64,000 nucleotides of DNA from Tubiluchus corallicola (taxonomy: Eukaryota; Animalia; Priapulida), in assembly GCA_030141605.1 (NCBI GenBank), contig JAQGDQ010000017.1:930001-994000 (forward strand), in the 5' to 3' direction. The notes beneath the pieces were generated by a model. That model did no database searches. It was not told the origin of the DNA and saw only the letters and a program-made list of their open reading frames with translations. Made by a program: the position numbers and the translations under genes. Shown piece by piece: positions 1 to 13,167 of this stretch (position 1 is its first letter; each line of letters opens with the position of its first letter).

Positions 1-2284
1 TCTTACAACGAATTAACAAAAATTACGTCAGGTAGGAAAAATCCTCCATTAAGAATTTATTCTTAGCAGAGTTTAAATTAAAATTAGCAAAGAATAACTG
101 ATTCATATTTTTTGTTATCACTTGAATTAATCACTCCTGTGAGGGATTTATCCTTAAATAACTTGATATTTGTTTTTTATGAAATACTAAGCAGATATGA
201 AATAACCAATGGATGGTTTTTATCCAAATACATACATTTTGGCGCCCACTATGGGAGCCCTCATCAATGTTATTAATGCAAAGTATAATATAGAACTTTG
301 GAATTTAAAAATCAAAATTAGATTTTAGAATCACAATGACAATTAGAAGAAAACAATGCAAAACAGTTTATTATACACAGACTGGCAGTTTGTTATTCCA
401 CAGATGATCTTAGATCTAGTAAATTTGAACAATAGTCAATTGTATACAGAATTTATTGCAATGATTGTCACTCATGTTCCATTGGAAGGACTAGTCGTAT
501 ACTTGATGCTCTACTAAAAGAGAAAGAAGCCTCTAAACATGCATTAGTTGTGGGATACTGGGCTTACCATAGACACTAAAAATTCACTGTTTATAAAGGA
601 GGCTGTTTACTTAAAGAGGCACAGCAGTTACTTTTTTAAACAGTCAGAGGGACCTAGAATGTTTTCATAATGTTAATAAGCATTTCTACAGTTACAGCGA
701 TTAATGATGATCGTGAGAAGGTCAGAGGTTAAGTGTACCAGATAATGCATTTGTGTACACTTGACAACGCCTCACAGCCCAAGCTGTTGTAATAGTAACA
801 GTTTTAACAGCTAGCTTTTAGAACATTTCTTAGTTCGTTTTTCTTATCCTAAGCAAGATCCTGCTAGTAAATCACTTTATGCACAGACTAATGTATAATT
901 AAGTAAAGTCTACGTAAAACAACCGAAGTTGCTGAACTGATGTGGCAGACAGCTTTGCTTTACCCACACGTCATGTGACGGTTGTAGTTAAGACATGTTG
1001 CTGTAGTACACTTAACCTTTGACCTGCAACAGCTGTGTGTGTGCACAACAAAACTGTTGCCGTGATTATAAAGTTTGAAATCTAAATTTTAAAGTTCTAA
1101 GTTACAACTAGCATTAATTGCATTAACGAGGGCTCCCGTAATGGCTGGCAAAATATTTGTATTTTAATAAAAATCCGTCACTGACCACTCATGTCTGCTT
1201 TGCATCTGTTTTAGATTATTTGTGTTTTTCTTTAACACATTAGATAACGCAAGTTGAAGCACTGAAACACTTAAACGCCTTTTTCTTCAAATTTCGTGTC
1301 TGGAAAGTAAGCTGAGAAGTGCCATTAACAAAGTTGCAGTGTTACAAAGTGCCGAAGAGATTAATTCTCAAATCTATCTAAAGAGTTCCTGTTTTTGTAA
1401 TGAGTCAGTGGTGTTTATCGTGAGACCACCCACTACATAAGTAGCTTACGTCTTTGTGCAGGTTATAATAACATATTAAATGCATTTGCACTACTTCTAA
1501 AATGATTTTGATACCTCAGCATAGGTGAAAATAATTATCCGCTTAAGTTTAGTTAAGCCGTTATTTTCTGTCATTGCATTTTAGGTTGGGAAACGCTTGT
1601 CAAAAATACCCTTTCTTAATTTAATGAATACCTCAGTACATTATAGTTCAGGGTTGATAACTTTAGTGTGGCAACAAGAAACGTAAATGCAAATAAGATT
1701 TTCTATAATTTAATCAAATTCTGCTGGTGAAGAAGTCACTACATTGGCTCATATAAATGAAAAGCTACAGTCCTTATTATGTGGGATGACAGATTTAGTT
1801 TAACATTGTATTCATGACTGTTGATCTAAATTTTAAAACTTTACATGCTTCTATTTTTATGGCAAGTAGGAACTTTCTCTGCCATTAGAACTACAACACA
1901 TTATTAAAGCACTTGAGAACACTCTTAAAAAATAAAGTTTAAAAATTTGTCTCGAAATTTTATATCACTTACTGTCTGTCTTATTGTACATAAAGCTTGC
2001 GTTAGCAGTAACGCTGTTTAAAACTTGTAAGTTTAAACTCTCGCATGAACTGCTAGGCACAGCCAATTTAATGGTAAGTCATTTGAAACGAATTTTAAAG
2101 GTTCTTTGGATATACTTTAAAATTCTCGTTTCTTTCCCTTTATCAATCCCTGAAGAAAGTGATCCTGTAGTGCCACCTGTGGGTGAAAACGGAAAGTGAA
2201 ACTAAGAGCCTTGGAAAAAGCAAATGAGTTTGTAGTTTGTAAATTACTGAAGGCAACATTCTTGCCACCTTTTTCGTACTCAGA

Positions 2285-2602
<318 letters not shown>

Positions 2603-2838
2603 TTCCTTCGTTCTTTTCCTTCTGTGGTGCCCATTTCTCTCTCACTGTCTGGCCTTCAGTACTTTCTTCATCCTATCATTTTTCCTGCTTTCTCATTTTC
2701 TTTACTCATCATCCCTACTTTCATCCCTTCTTCACTTTTTGAGTATTTCATGCCATTCTTTCTCATTCTTTCTCTCACTCTCTTTATGTCTCCTCATTAT
2801 TATAGTTTTCATCATTTTGATTTTGTTTTTGTTTCTAG

Positions 2839-5710
2839 GGTTTGCTACTCAATGCACGCTTCATATAAAGAAGTGCGAGATTTCATAGCGTATCTAAAGC
2901 CAAAATTTATTTATCCTTCCGTTGCACCCATGGACTCTTCAGTTTTAGAGGCGAGTCAATATTAGAATCTTTAACTGTTATGCGTAATACTTTCTCTTTT
3001 ATAATGTAACTAATGTAACTTCCAGGCATTGTTTTTTATAACTCTTAATTGAATATTTGGTTGATGCATTAGTATTACCATGATGAATTACTACATGTTC
3101 TTTTAAGAAGTTCTGTCAACACCAGTTGGTTGTGCATAGATAATCAATGTAGAAAAATAACACAAGAAAACAACAAAGATTATATTCCTCTGTCGTTTTA
3201 ACAAGAAACAGTATTACAAATTGATAATATATTGTAATATATTCCTGATTCATTAGCAAGTTGACATGGGTTACAGAAATTTGTTCACTAATGACACGAA
3301 TTGAATACGTAAAAAACTCATTGGGTTCTGTGAGACTCTGTAAACAGTTCTTAAGGCATGTAAATGATTAATTGTTTTTTCTTATCAGGTGAAACGTCGT
3401 CTACGTCATTTGCAACACCACTCGCTAAGTACTAGTGATTGCTCACTAGATGGCATACCGTCTCCCTTCGTTCCACTTGGCAAACTAAAAGCAGACGAAC
3501 CTATGCTGCAGTTAACAAACTTAGGTCTGGTTACTACGTGTTTTATTGTTTTTCCAATTTCATTAATGCTTGATTACCGAGAGAGCTAGTAATTTCTTCA
3601 CTGAGTTCGTTTACTTGCTGTTGCACAATCACTGATCCTGTGAACCAGCTAACAATGTCACTGATGCCTTGCTGGGCTGCTTTTAAATGAAATTTTACTG
3701 CTTGCTAGTTAATATGTGGACACGGCATCGCCCCTGACACGTACTTTTTAAGTGTCTTTTCTGCTAGAGACCAGAATTTTAAATGCATGATTGTCTACAA
3801 TTTCTATAATAAAGCTCAACATCTATTGCCCATTCTTCTATTTTGCTTTTGAAAGCCTTGATGTGATCTGTGTTTTTGCAGATTACGACGGTGACAGCAT
3901 CATGTTGAACGACAGTCCGGTTAAGCTCGGTTCACATGCAAGCTCTGGCTCCTTGCCTCTTGAATTTCCTGGCATAACTGCGATACAATGTAAGACAAAT
4001 GCTGAAGAGTCTGATAGCGGGAAAGCAGAGTCACAAATCGTGTATATAAATGATGACAGCGAAGACGAAGAGTCCATTCGGAAGTACAGCCAGTATGTTT
4101 ACGGCACTAATGATGATAACGACGATGATGTGCAAGCTAATGATGATAACGACAATGATGTGCAAGCTGTAGGGAAGGAATCCTTTGAAGACACAAACTT
4201 TGACCGAAGGTCTGGTGGTGACAGTAATGAACAGAGCCTCGGAGATAAAAGTGAAGAGGAAGGTGATATTTGGAAAGATAGTTTTGAAGAAGCAGTTCAT
4301 CTTCACGTAGATGATATTAATAATGAACTAGAAGATAACCAAAGCATTGTTAGTGAACAAAACAAAAAAAGTAATGGCGTTTGCAAAGCTCCCGATTTGG
4401 TAGATGTTCGGGAAGTTCATAAAAGCTATTTAGATGTTGAATCTTCAGTTGACATTGTTGATATGGAAGATTGTCTTAAATTGCATAAGACAAATGTAGT
4501 TTCAGATAGGCTAAATAAACCTTCTTATGGTAAATGTACTGAAAATTCTGATATTGTTGATAACAGTGTTGTTTCGAATCAAGAACTGAAATTTTGCAAC
4601 AGCGATTGTTTAACGAGTGCCTCTGATGGCAAAGTTTTGATCAGCAGATATGCTCCAAGCAGTGGTGCCTCACTACTGAGCACCAAAGACACTGCTGCTA
4701 CCGAGAATGCCTTTGTGAAGTTAATTGATGAGGACAGTGGTGATTTAAAGGTTTCAGATACCAAAAATTCTAGTGGAGCATTAAATCCAACATGTGCCAC
4801 TGACAATACTAAAACGTTGAGCTTTGATGGTGTTGCTGCTAGCAAGAAAGATTCTGCTGAGAATGAACCCACAGGAAGTGCAACAACAGAATCTAATCTG
4901 TCTTCAAGAAGCAGTAATATTTCTGTAAATGAAAATCGGGAACTAGTTACATCTGAATGCGCCGACAAAGATACTCCTGACTCTCCGTCTGTTAGTTTAC
5001 TGTCAAAGCCAGGTGATGATGAATGCTTAGAAAAGAGCATTCCTTTTTTGCCTGAAAATGAAAGAATGTCGGTGGAATCTTCCAACAGTGATAGCGATAG
5101 TGACACAACAGATAGTGATGTTATGATAATCAGCGAGCGACCACCACCTGATTGCATCGGAAATTCTCCACCGTTGTTAAGAGAACTTCTTCTAGCTCCG
5201 GATGAAGCCTCAGCGAGTTTCAAGCGCAAGTTGTTTCAAAATTTCAGTCCAACAAAAAGAATACGCACCGACGATTGCAAGAGAATGGTAAGAGATGCTG
5301 AAAGCCATAGAGAAGAAACGAATGACATTGTTGGCTCAGCAAAATGCTGTCATGGCAACGGTGTTGTTAATCTCGAACCTGTGAATGATATGTGCAATAG
5401 TAATTATGATCTTGTTGATCTCACCATGGATTCAGATGAAACTCACATTCCAAGTAGTTGTGAAACTTATATACCTGGAGGCGTCAGTCCGCAAGTACCC
5501 ACTCCAGGGAAGAACAGCAGTGTGGAGCTACTGAGTTCCCAAGGCATCAATGTGATAGAATCAAGTCATGGAAACAATAGCAGTGATAATTCAGTGTTGC
5601 ATACTATGCTAGCTGTGCCTCAGACTTGTAGCTTTGATAGCGATACGTCGGATTGTGAGGTAATACCCGATACACCAACGAAATTCCTTCCTGTTTGTAC
5701 AAAACAATGA
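2839..5710 (+). CDS. DCLRE1C: Artemis (SNM1C/DCLRE1C)-like nuclease, 3' part: exons 2839-2950, 3389-3524, 3882-5710 (stop); upstream exons not located
   Basis: VCYSMHASYKEVRDFIAYLKPKFIYPSV matches the beta-CASP motif B/C region of Artemis (ACFSFHSSYSEIKDFLSY..P...YPNV). The next exon has the Artemis-typical PLGKLK, then a long acidic/Ser-rich disordered tail. Intron phases 0 and 1 join the exons in frame; the first intron has a GC donor. Confidence 0.85.
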
Positions 5711-5763
5711 TAGGTAAAGAGAAAAGGGAAGTAGTTTACAATGTTCCGCACAATTTAAATACT

Positions 5764-5936
5764 CTAACCCTAGCCCTAGCCCTAACCCTAGCACTAGCCC
5801 TAACCCTAGCACTAGCCCTAACCCTAGCCTTAGCCCTAACCTTAGCCCTAACCCTAACCTTAACCCTAACCCTAACCCCAACCCCAACCTCAACCTCTAA
5901 CCCCAACCCCCAACCTATCCCTAACCCTAATCCTAA
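5764..5936. repeat. Degenerate telomere-type hexamer repeat (CCCTAA/CCCTAG/CCCCAA)n
   Basis: About 29 hexamer units starting about 55 bp after the Artemis stop codon. Confidence 0.9.
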
Positions 5937-7060
5937 TGTGATTCACGAGCTAATTTCTTGTGTGCAGGGAATTGTAAACTTTAGTTGAGAAAAAGCATTT
6001 CACTACGTACAAAATTATGTACTGACGATTCTGAGTTTACTTATTTTTTCCCATTTTGACATTTGTTTATATGAGATTCACAGCTAGTTAGTGTCTAGTA
6101 ATTGCTTAGTATTGTATGTTTTTGATAAAAAGTGAGTAATCAGACCAGTCTGACTGGTGTAAAAAGATAAACTAGTTAAGATTTGGTGTTGGTTTTGACA
6201 CCAGTTCTCAACCCACAATGAAAATAAGACTTATAAAGTTCTTACATAAGTCTCATTGTTCATTAATTTTAATTGTTAAGCTGTGAAATGAACTCTGCGT
6301 GATCAAAATCAGTTTGTTTGAACTGAAGAAAGCTGAAAATCTAAAAATGAAGCTTTTTGTCATGACGACCATTTTCAAAAAGTGCATGTCTTTATGTTGA
6401 AAATGAATGCATTGATACCTAAAGCACGGATAGTCATAAGAAAGCTTGTAGTTTTTCGTGAAACTGTGCAATAAAAGTTAGTCGACTAAAGTTGCATGAT
6501 GCCAATTCACATTCAAACTTCTGCTTTTGCACACTGAAAATGTACATATTCGTAATCAGGTTTTTGTGACGTGAAAGTGAAGTATCCATACTCCATCCAC
6601 CTGTCAGCTGCTACTAGATTATAAATTGCTATTTTTATATAAATTTTCTAATATTGTAATGCATGTAAATTGTATGTTTATTTTTTACTTGCATGATTTA
6701 TCTAGTCCATCCTAATATATATTGTATCATATAGAAAATCTATGTAGTTGATTGTAGCCTAATGTGGTTGTTAATTGTGGATTATTTGATGTCAATATAG
6801 ATTATTTGATAGTTTGTAATATAAGTTCTTGTTTAAACCTTCTTTTAGTAATAACAAGGGCCGGTCAAACAATTCTCAGGCTCGTGTTGAATTAACTGGG
6901 GTTGAAGGAACACCAGTTTGTGGAAAACTTCATGGTGACTGTCAGTCAAAATGTCTTGCTAATATTGTTTGCTCTGGCTTCAAATTATTAGCCTCATATG
7001 ACTTTATTTTGTCTGTCATATTCTATTGTGTGATCTGTATCTATTTAAAAGGATGTGAAC

Positions 7061-7580
7061 CAGTGGCGGCTCGTGTATAGGTACTGTGGTACTGCAGCAC
7101 CCCCTATTTTCACTCCATATTATCGATAATATTCAATATAATAAGTCTCTTTTCTTTAGTTCTTTCTTTATGCTTATATGGAACCAGAGCACCTGAGGGT
7201 AGTACTGTTTGCTTTACAGCCCAGCACAGTGCGCTCCAGCAACAGGGTATTTGTCTGCTGTATGCATATGCCCATACGCACATGTCTGAGCCCAGGTAGA
7301 GAAAGTACTGTCGCTCACACAGTTTGTTGTCAGTTGTCACGTGTTTACCGTGAATTGGATCCAGCTTGAACTGCGACCATTTAGGCAATTAAGCAAAAGG
7401 TATTTCTTTTGTTTAGGATTTTATCAAGTTTATGTATAAATTTCATACGTTTGTTTGTTTAAAATTACAATTACAAATTACAACATTAAAATTATTTGTT
7501 TCATTTTACAAAGTATTAAAACAATGGCTACAAATTTTCTAAAGCAGCGCCCCACTAATTTTAGCTACGAGCCGCCACTG
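7061..7580. mobile_element. hAT-type MITE (520 bp)
   Basis: Perfect 14-bp TIR CAGTGGCGGCTCGT / ACGAGCCGCCACTG; flanks ATGTGAAC / GTGTGAAT (6/8 TSD); a second inverted copy lies at about 45445-45800. Confidence 0.85.
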
Positions 7581-10500
7581 GTGTGAATTAGTTTTGTGGG
7601 CATGGTTTTGACAAAGATGCTTTGTTAATTGCACTGATATTGATGCGGTTTTTGCTGAATCTTAATAGTGCGAGGAGAAGCTGCTGCTACAGTAGAGTGT
7701 GAACAGTGTTGCATAAAGTGCATTAACATTAGAAGACATCATTGTTCGAAAATCATTACAAAATCTCATAGTTTATTCTCATCTCGTTGTTTTTCTGAAT
7801 AAAACCGAGAATTTTTGAGCACCTTGAATGTGAACCTGCTGACTTATTTACTAAACTGTGTAGAATTTTTGAGTGATTTGTTATAATTTTATATTTCAAC
7901 TTTATAACTTTCTTCAGCTGTGATGTCATGGTTATATTTATTTTCTATTATTAACCATGAAATTTGAACTTTATACTTGTAAATTTATTGATTTGTTATT
8001 TTATGCTTTGAATTTGTCGATGATGTAGAAGGAAAAATTTCTTATAATAACTATTTATTCATCTGAGATATTAATTTGTAACTTCAGCCCTTGTCGCTCA
8101 AATGATAAGAAAAATAAGAGATTTGTACAGAGTATATCACACACAGTGCTTGTAGTAGTATGATCTTAATATCCTTTCGATACATTTTGATTTTTCTACT
8201 ATTTGTACTAGGGGTGAATATTCTCTATCAGAAAACGAATTCGAATCATATCAAATCTGTGACTTTCGAATATTTCAGCTTTTTCGAATTCAGTTTTAAA
8301 GATTTTTGAATACATTTTCAAACCAGTAATAAAAAATATCATGCATATTATTGTTACTTGATTTTGTTCTGCAGTGAAAACACTAAAAACTTGCTTTAAA
8401 AATGTGTACAGAAATTGCAGCTAATTGTCCTGTCTGCAAGATGTTTCAAGCATTTTGATGATAAAGAAAATGTTTAGTTGAAGTGCTGAATTATTCGAAT
8501 TTATAATTCTAGGTTCAAATCGAATTGGAACTGAAAAAACTCGTTCAAATTGAATATTTGATTTAGTAATTATTCGTGATCTTTATTTGAAGATTGTTTA
8601 TTAATATGTAATAAATCCAGAATTATTTAAGTTTTTTTAAATCAAACGTGACAGAAAGGAAAAAAGTTGCACTAAGATCTGTCGCGATCACAAGTGGCCT
8701 GTGTAGTCTAAGAGTTCATATTGTATTTTAATCCAAAAGTCCCTTGTCGAAATCCAAGAACAGTCCAATCTTTTTCACATTTCCTTTCTTTCATAGTCAT
8801 GTTTAGTTTCATAAAATTCAAATATTGTGAGTTTATTCTCGCATTAATAGACAGTTTATTATTTATTTTGTGTCAAGACCTATTGTATTGTTATTTCAGT
8901 GAGTGTAAATATGTAATAACTATTATAATGGCGTAATTAAATTTTATTGTTATCGTGTGAGTGAAGAAAATCAGTTTAAATAGCGAAGCTGTTATTTTTC
9001 TTTTCATTTTTTGTAGCTCTCGTCTCATTACAGTAACTGTTACTCATACTTTGCATCATTGCATGACTCCCTCTACTTCATTTTTTTAAGTAGTAATCGG
9101 TTTGGCGGGGGTGGGGGGTTCAGCAGACAGCACTTTCCAAAGTTATTATAAATGTTGAATAAGGTTTTTCATGGTTTTGTTGTGCGCACACGCAGTTGCT
9201 GTAGGTCAAAGGTTAAGGTTAACATTATTCTGTGACTGCAAAGTTGACTGCGACACTGTGAAACTACGTCACAATCAATTTGACGTAGAAACAAATGAGA
9301 TTTTAGTTATAATAATATAACATATATTTGAAAACCACATACAAAAACATGCCATACAACAACTAAAAAACAAGTAAACAAACAATATCCCCTTGGGGGT
9401 AATAACTCATTACAAAATTATCATAACAGCACTTGGTCCCACCAAAACTGAAGGCAATTTGCATTAAAGAAACAGGTGCGCTTCATTAACCAGCCTGGGA
9501 GGAAAGTAATAAACTAATCAGTAACTTTTTACAGAAACTTTGGTTTAACAAGATCATAATGGTAACTATGAGCTACATGAATCAGAATTCAATTTCTATC
9601 TTAAATATAGCTGATATTATACTTTTTAGAAGCTGTATTGGAGTAGTGTCTAATTATAACAATAGTTTGAGACAGGCAGTGCTAAAACTATCAGTAAATA
9701 CACAGAACTTGACTGACCGAAGTCATTTTAACCCCCTCCCATGACCGAAGTCATTTTAACGCCCTCCCATTACATCAGTTTTGAGTATGGCGCAGCCATT
9801 GTGCATCAATGTGAAACGCACAGATACTATACAAAACTAATAGTAAAAGGATGCAACTCAAACTATAAAAAGCAAACTTACTTGGTGATTACAATGTTAT
9901 CACAAAGTGTGCAGGTATTATGTAATATATAGAATGATATCACGAAAGAAACACATCCATTATTACCTCTACACATAACATGAAGATTTGACACAGAAGT
10001 CATTAATTTTTTAATATAATACGTTTCAGTCAGCTGTAATTACATACTAAATTCATAAGGCTTTCACATACTTAATGTTACATTAAATTAAGTCATATGT
10101 GCATCGCACTTGTAATTATGTAAGAGTGCAGAAAACATTTGAGTGTATGTAAACAATACAAAGCAATGGAATACTACCTGTGCTGGCCAATTTGACAAAG
10201 ACACACTTTGCGAAAAATCTAGCCACTTCTACATTCAGCTGGTTTCAAGTAAGAGAAGAAATCTTAAATCTGTTGCACTTAGACTCAAAGGCATGGCTGC
10301 CGAGCTTAAAAAGATCTGTTACACTTAGTTATAAATTGCAGCTGTTTAATATAATGTTTATTGTTCGACCATTAAATAGCAATGATTAAATTAAACAACC
10401 TCTATAATAAATTGTATTAGCCATCTTTTTTCAGGATTTCTAAATAACCAAATAGCAAAATTACATAAAATAGTATCAATTCTAGTTAAGCTGAATTAAC

Positions 10501-11849
10501 TTGCACAAGTTAATTTGTTTCTAATCTCAGTTGATAATTATATAACAGTTTTATAACTGTTTTCCTGACAAATTATACAAAGCTGTACCTGACACGTAAA
10601 ATTTTTGCTTTTATACACTTTCTCAGTGGGATAACTGTATGAATTATGTAAAAAAAATAAAAAAATAAATGTTAACGGTAACTGAAAACTACATTACAAC
10701 ATAGATGGCAGTGTTTTAAATCGAACAAAACAATTCAATGCAGATCTAAACAAACTCTCAACGACAAAGCAAAACAGACGTATTTAATTTACTATTATTA
10801 TTATTACTAATACCATTGACCAATCACAGTAACATAAAATTTTCCAAAAAAAAACACTAGTTTAAGCTATAAACCTAAGTCAAAACAAAGAACTCGTACG
10901 TTAAAAGAACATCAAAACGTATTACCTGAATAAATAACAAATATCCTTTATCAGAAGAAACAATGCACAACAATCTTAAGTACCAAACAACATTTCAATC
11001 AAACAGGCAAAACATCCCTACTTATTACTTTCGACGTGACATTCAAAATTGGTCCAAGTATCATATGCAACCATACTTCCAAAGATTCAATAGAAATTTA
11101 ATAGTTATGTACAAAAACATTTAGTATAGGTAACAATGTGCAGAACGTTTTGACACTTAAAATGGTACATAAACATTTCTCAATAACTATAAGCATAGTG
11201 TAGTGATTTGACAGCTATCAGCTACTGTAATTACTTTTGCCATTAGCTACAAGCAAATTTTTAGCTGTCAGTAACTATACATTTATCGGTAGTGAATTTT
11301 TTTAATCATAAAATTAAAACTAAATTGATAATAGCTGGAATTAACTTAAAAATACTGATTTGGTAATAAGTCTGTATAGTTTTTAGTAGTATAATTGGAA
11401 CATTTTGCAATATTTTTTCTTGTTTAGCTTTGCTGTCAGCCATTTCCATACTCTAATTCGTCAGCACAATGGGACATCTTTGTCGCACTGCATGCGCATT
11501 TGACAGCATAAATCCATGAAACTCCTATATGTTTGCATTTACACACAAACATAAAGGGGAGCTTTTTCTAGTTTTCAAAATATTAGAACTTTTTGGTTAC
11601 AAAAACAGTTCTATGAAATAGATATGACTCTTAGCAGTACATTATTATAGCCAGTCCATTGTAAGTTCAGAAAGTTTTTGATAGAATTACACTAATAAAG
11701 TCTGTAATGCCAATTCAAGTAACTTCATTCAAGTTACCATTAAATTACGGGTATCAGAAATTTGAACTAGTAATAGTATTTATAGTAGTAGCAATAGCAG
11801 TCAAATCACTTCCATAGATCAGGTTTAAATAGTTGCAGTATAGTAAGTT

Positions 11850-12363
11850 GTAAGTCCTCGCTTAATGACACTTATACGTTTTATTAAATTGCGACGTTAA
11901 GCGAAACGCCGTTAAATGAAACCAAAACTTCCATAGGTAGTAATGTAAATGAATTGAGATACGTTCCATAACCAAAAATCAACACATCAATGCTACTTAA
12001 ATCATATAAATTAAACGTTTTCATGTGTTTTATTCATATTTCTACTGATTAATTTCTTCTTAAACGAGTATCGCTTGGTACAAATGGCTAGAACTTAGCA
12101 TGTAGTCAGTCAGGAAGCAAAAGCATTATAATAATTGCACTACTTAGGTTACCAATGCATTTTTAGAATATGTACCATTTTAATGCTTTAAATTAGGTAA
12201 AAAACATTGTTGATAAAATAAAAAATGGCTGTGAGCAAAGTAAAAAAATTGTTGATAAAGCTAAATGGTGCATTCATTGTTAAGCAAGAAAAAGGTGTCA
12301 AATGTTCAGTGTCATTAAAACGAAACGTCGCTAAACGGGGAGTCGTTAAGCGAGGACTTACTG
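11850..12363. mobile_element. Tc1/mariner (pogo/Tigger-like) MITE
   Basis: Inverted termini GTAAGTCCTCGCTTAATGAC / GTCGTTAAGCGAGGACTTACTG followed by TA; the left end is slightly damaged. Confidence 0.75.
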
Positions 12364-13167
12364 TACATTTAAAAGGTATTAGAAAAACGTGTAAACGCAT
12401 GCCCTATAACAAGTTTCTTTATCAAAAAGAGATCTCCATAAAAGAATAACTGATAAACCACTTGCGTTCTGCCCTCATCAATCAACTTGCCGTTGCTGTT
12501 ACAGGAGATCCTTTTAAATGAGTATTCATTGGAGGAAAGTGCTTTCGCGGGGCATTTGTTACGTAACGTGCAGTATCTGCTTCCTAAGAATGTCTGTGTA
12601 AGAAGTAATTAAGTTAATTGCAAATAACAATGTACACGTATGAAAACAAGGGCCAGCCTTGCTACACATTATCTATTTCTATGCTTCGTAGCTTTTTTAT
12701 ATAGTTACAGTAATTCAATTCTAACTTTCATTTTGATACAAAACTATAACTATATGTAAAAAAAATATTTTCTTTTTACAATAACTTTTTTCAGGATAAT
12801 GCATAATGTTGAAGCTGTGTTTACGAAGATATCAAAAAAAATTATGTGTCTGAAAAATTACTGAAGTTATTCGATGAAATTAAGGGAATTGTGCAAAATT
12901 GCAGAATTTGGGGCAGTGGCAAAAATAAAATTTTTTATAGGAACAAAAGCTGGCATCAGAACAGTTCTGAGTTTTCATTGTATGTGGGACCTTTGTTAAA
13001 AAATAATTTTACTAGTGATATTTCAGCTACAATACCTGTCATTAGACATTTATCTTTGAAATTTTACTAGTTCAGAAAAACCAAATCTCACTAATCTAAC
13101 AAATTTGCAAAGTTTAATAAAAGAAAGCACTTACTTCACGAAGACAAGAAAGAACTCGCCGATGACA

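Noticed and set aside
719-1025. 20-bp inverted repeat (719-738 / 1006-1025)
   Set aside because: The repeat is real, but I could not define termini or a TSD; probably internal to a decayed element
5609-5988. LG/LA/PN-repeat ORFs and a possible chromosome end
   Set aside because: These are translations of the hexamer repeat; the tract is short, degenerate and flanked by ordinary sequence, so it is not a true telomere
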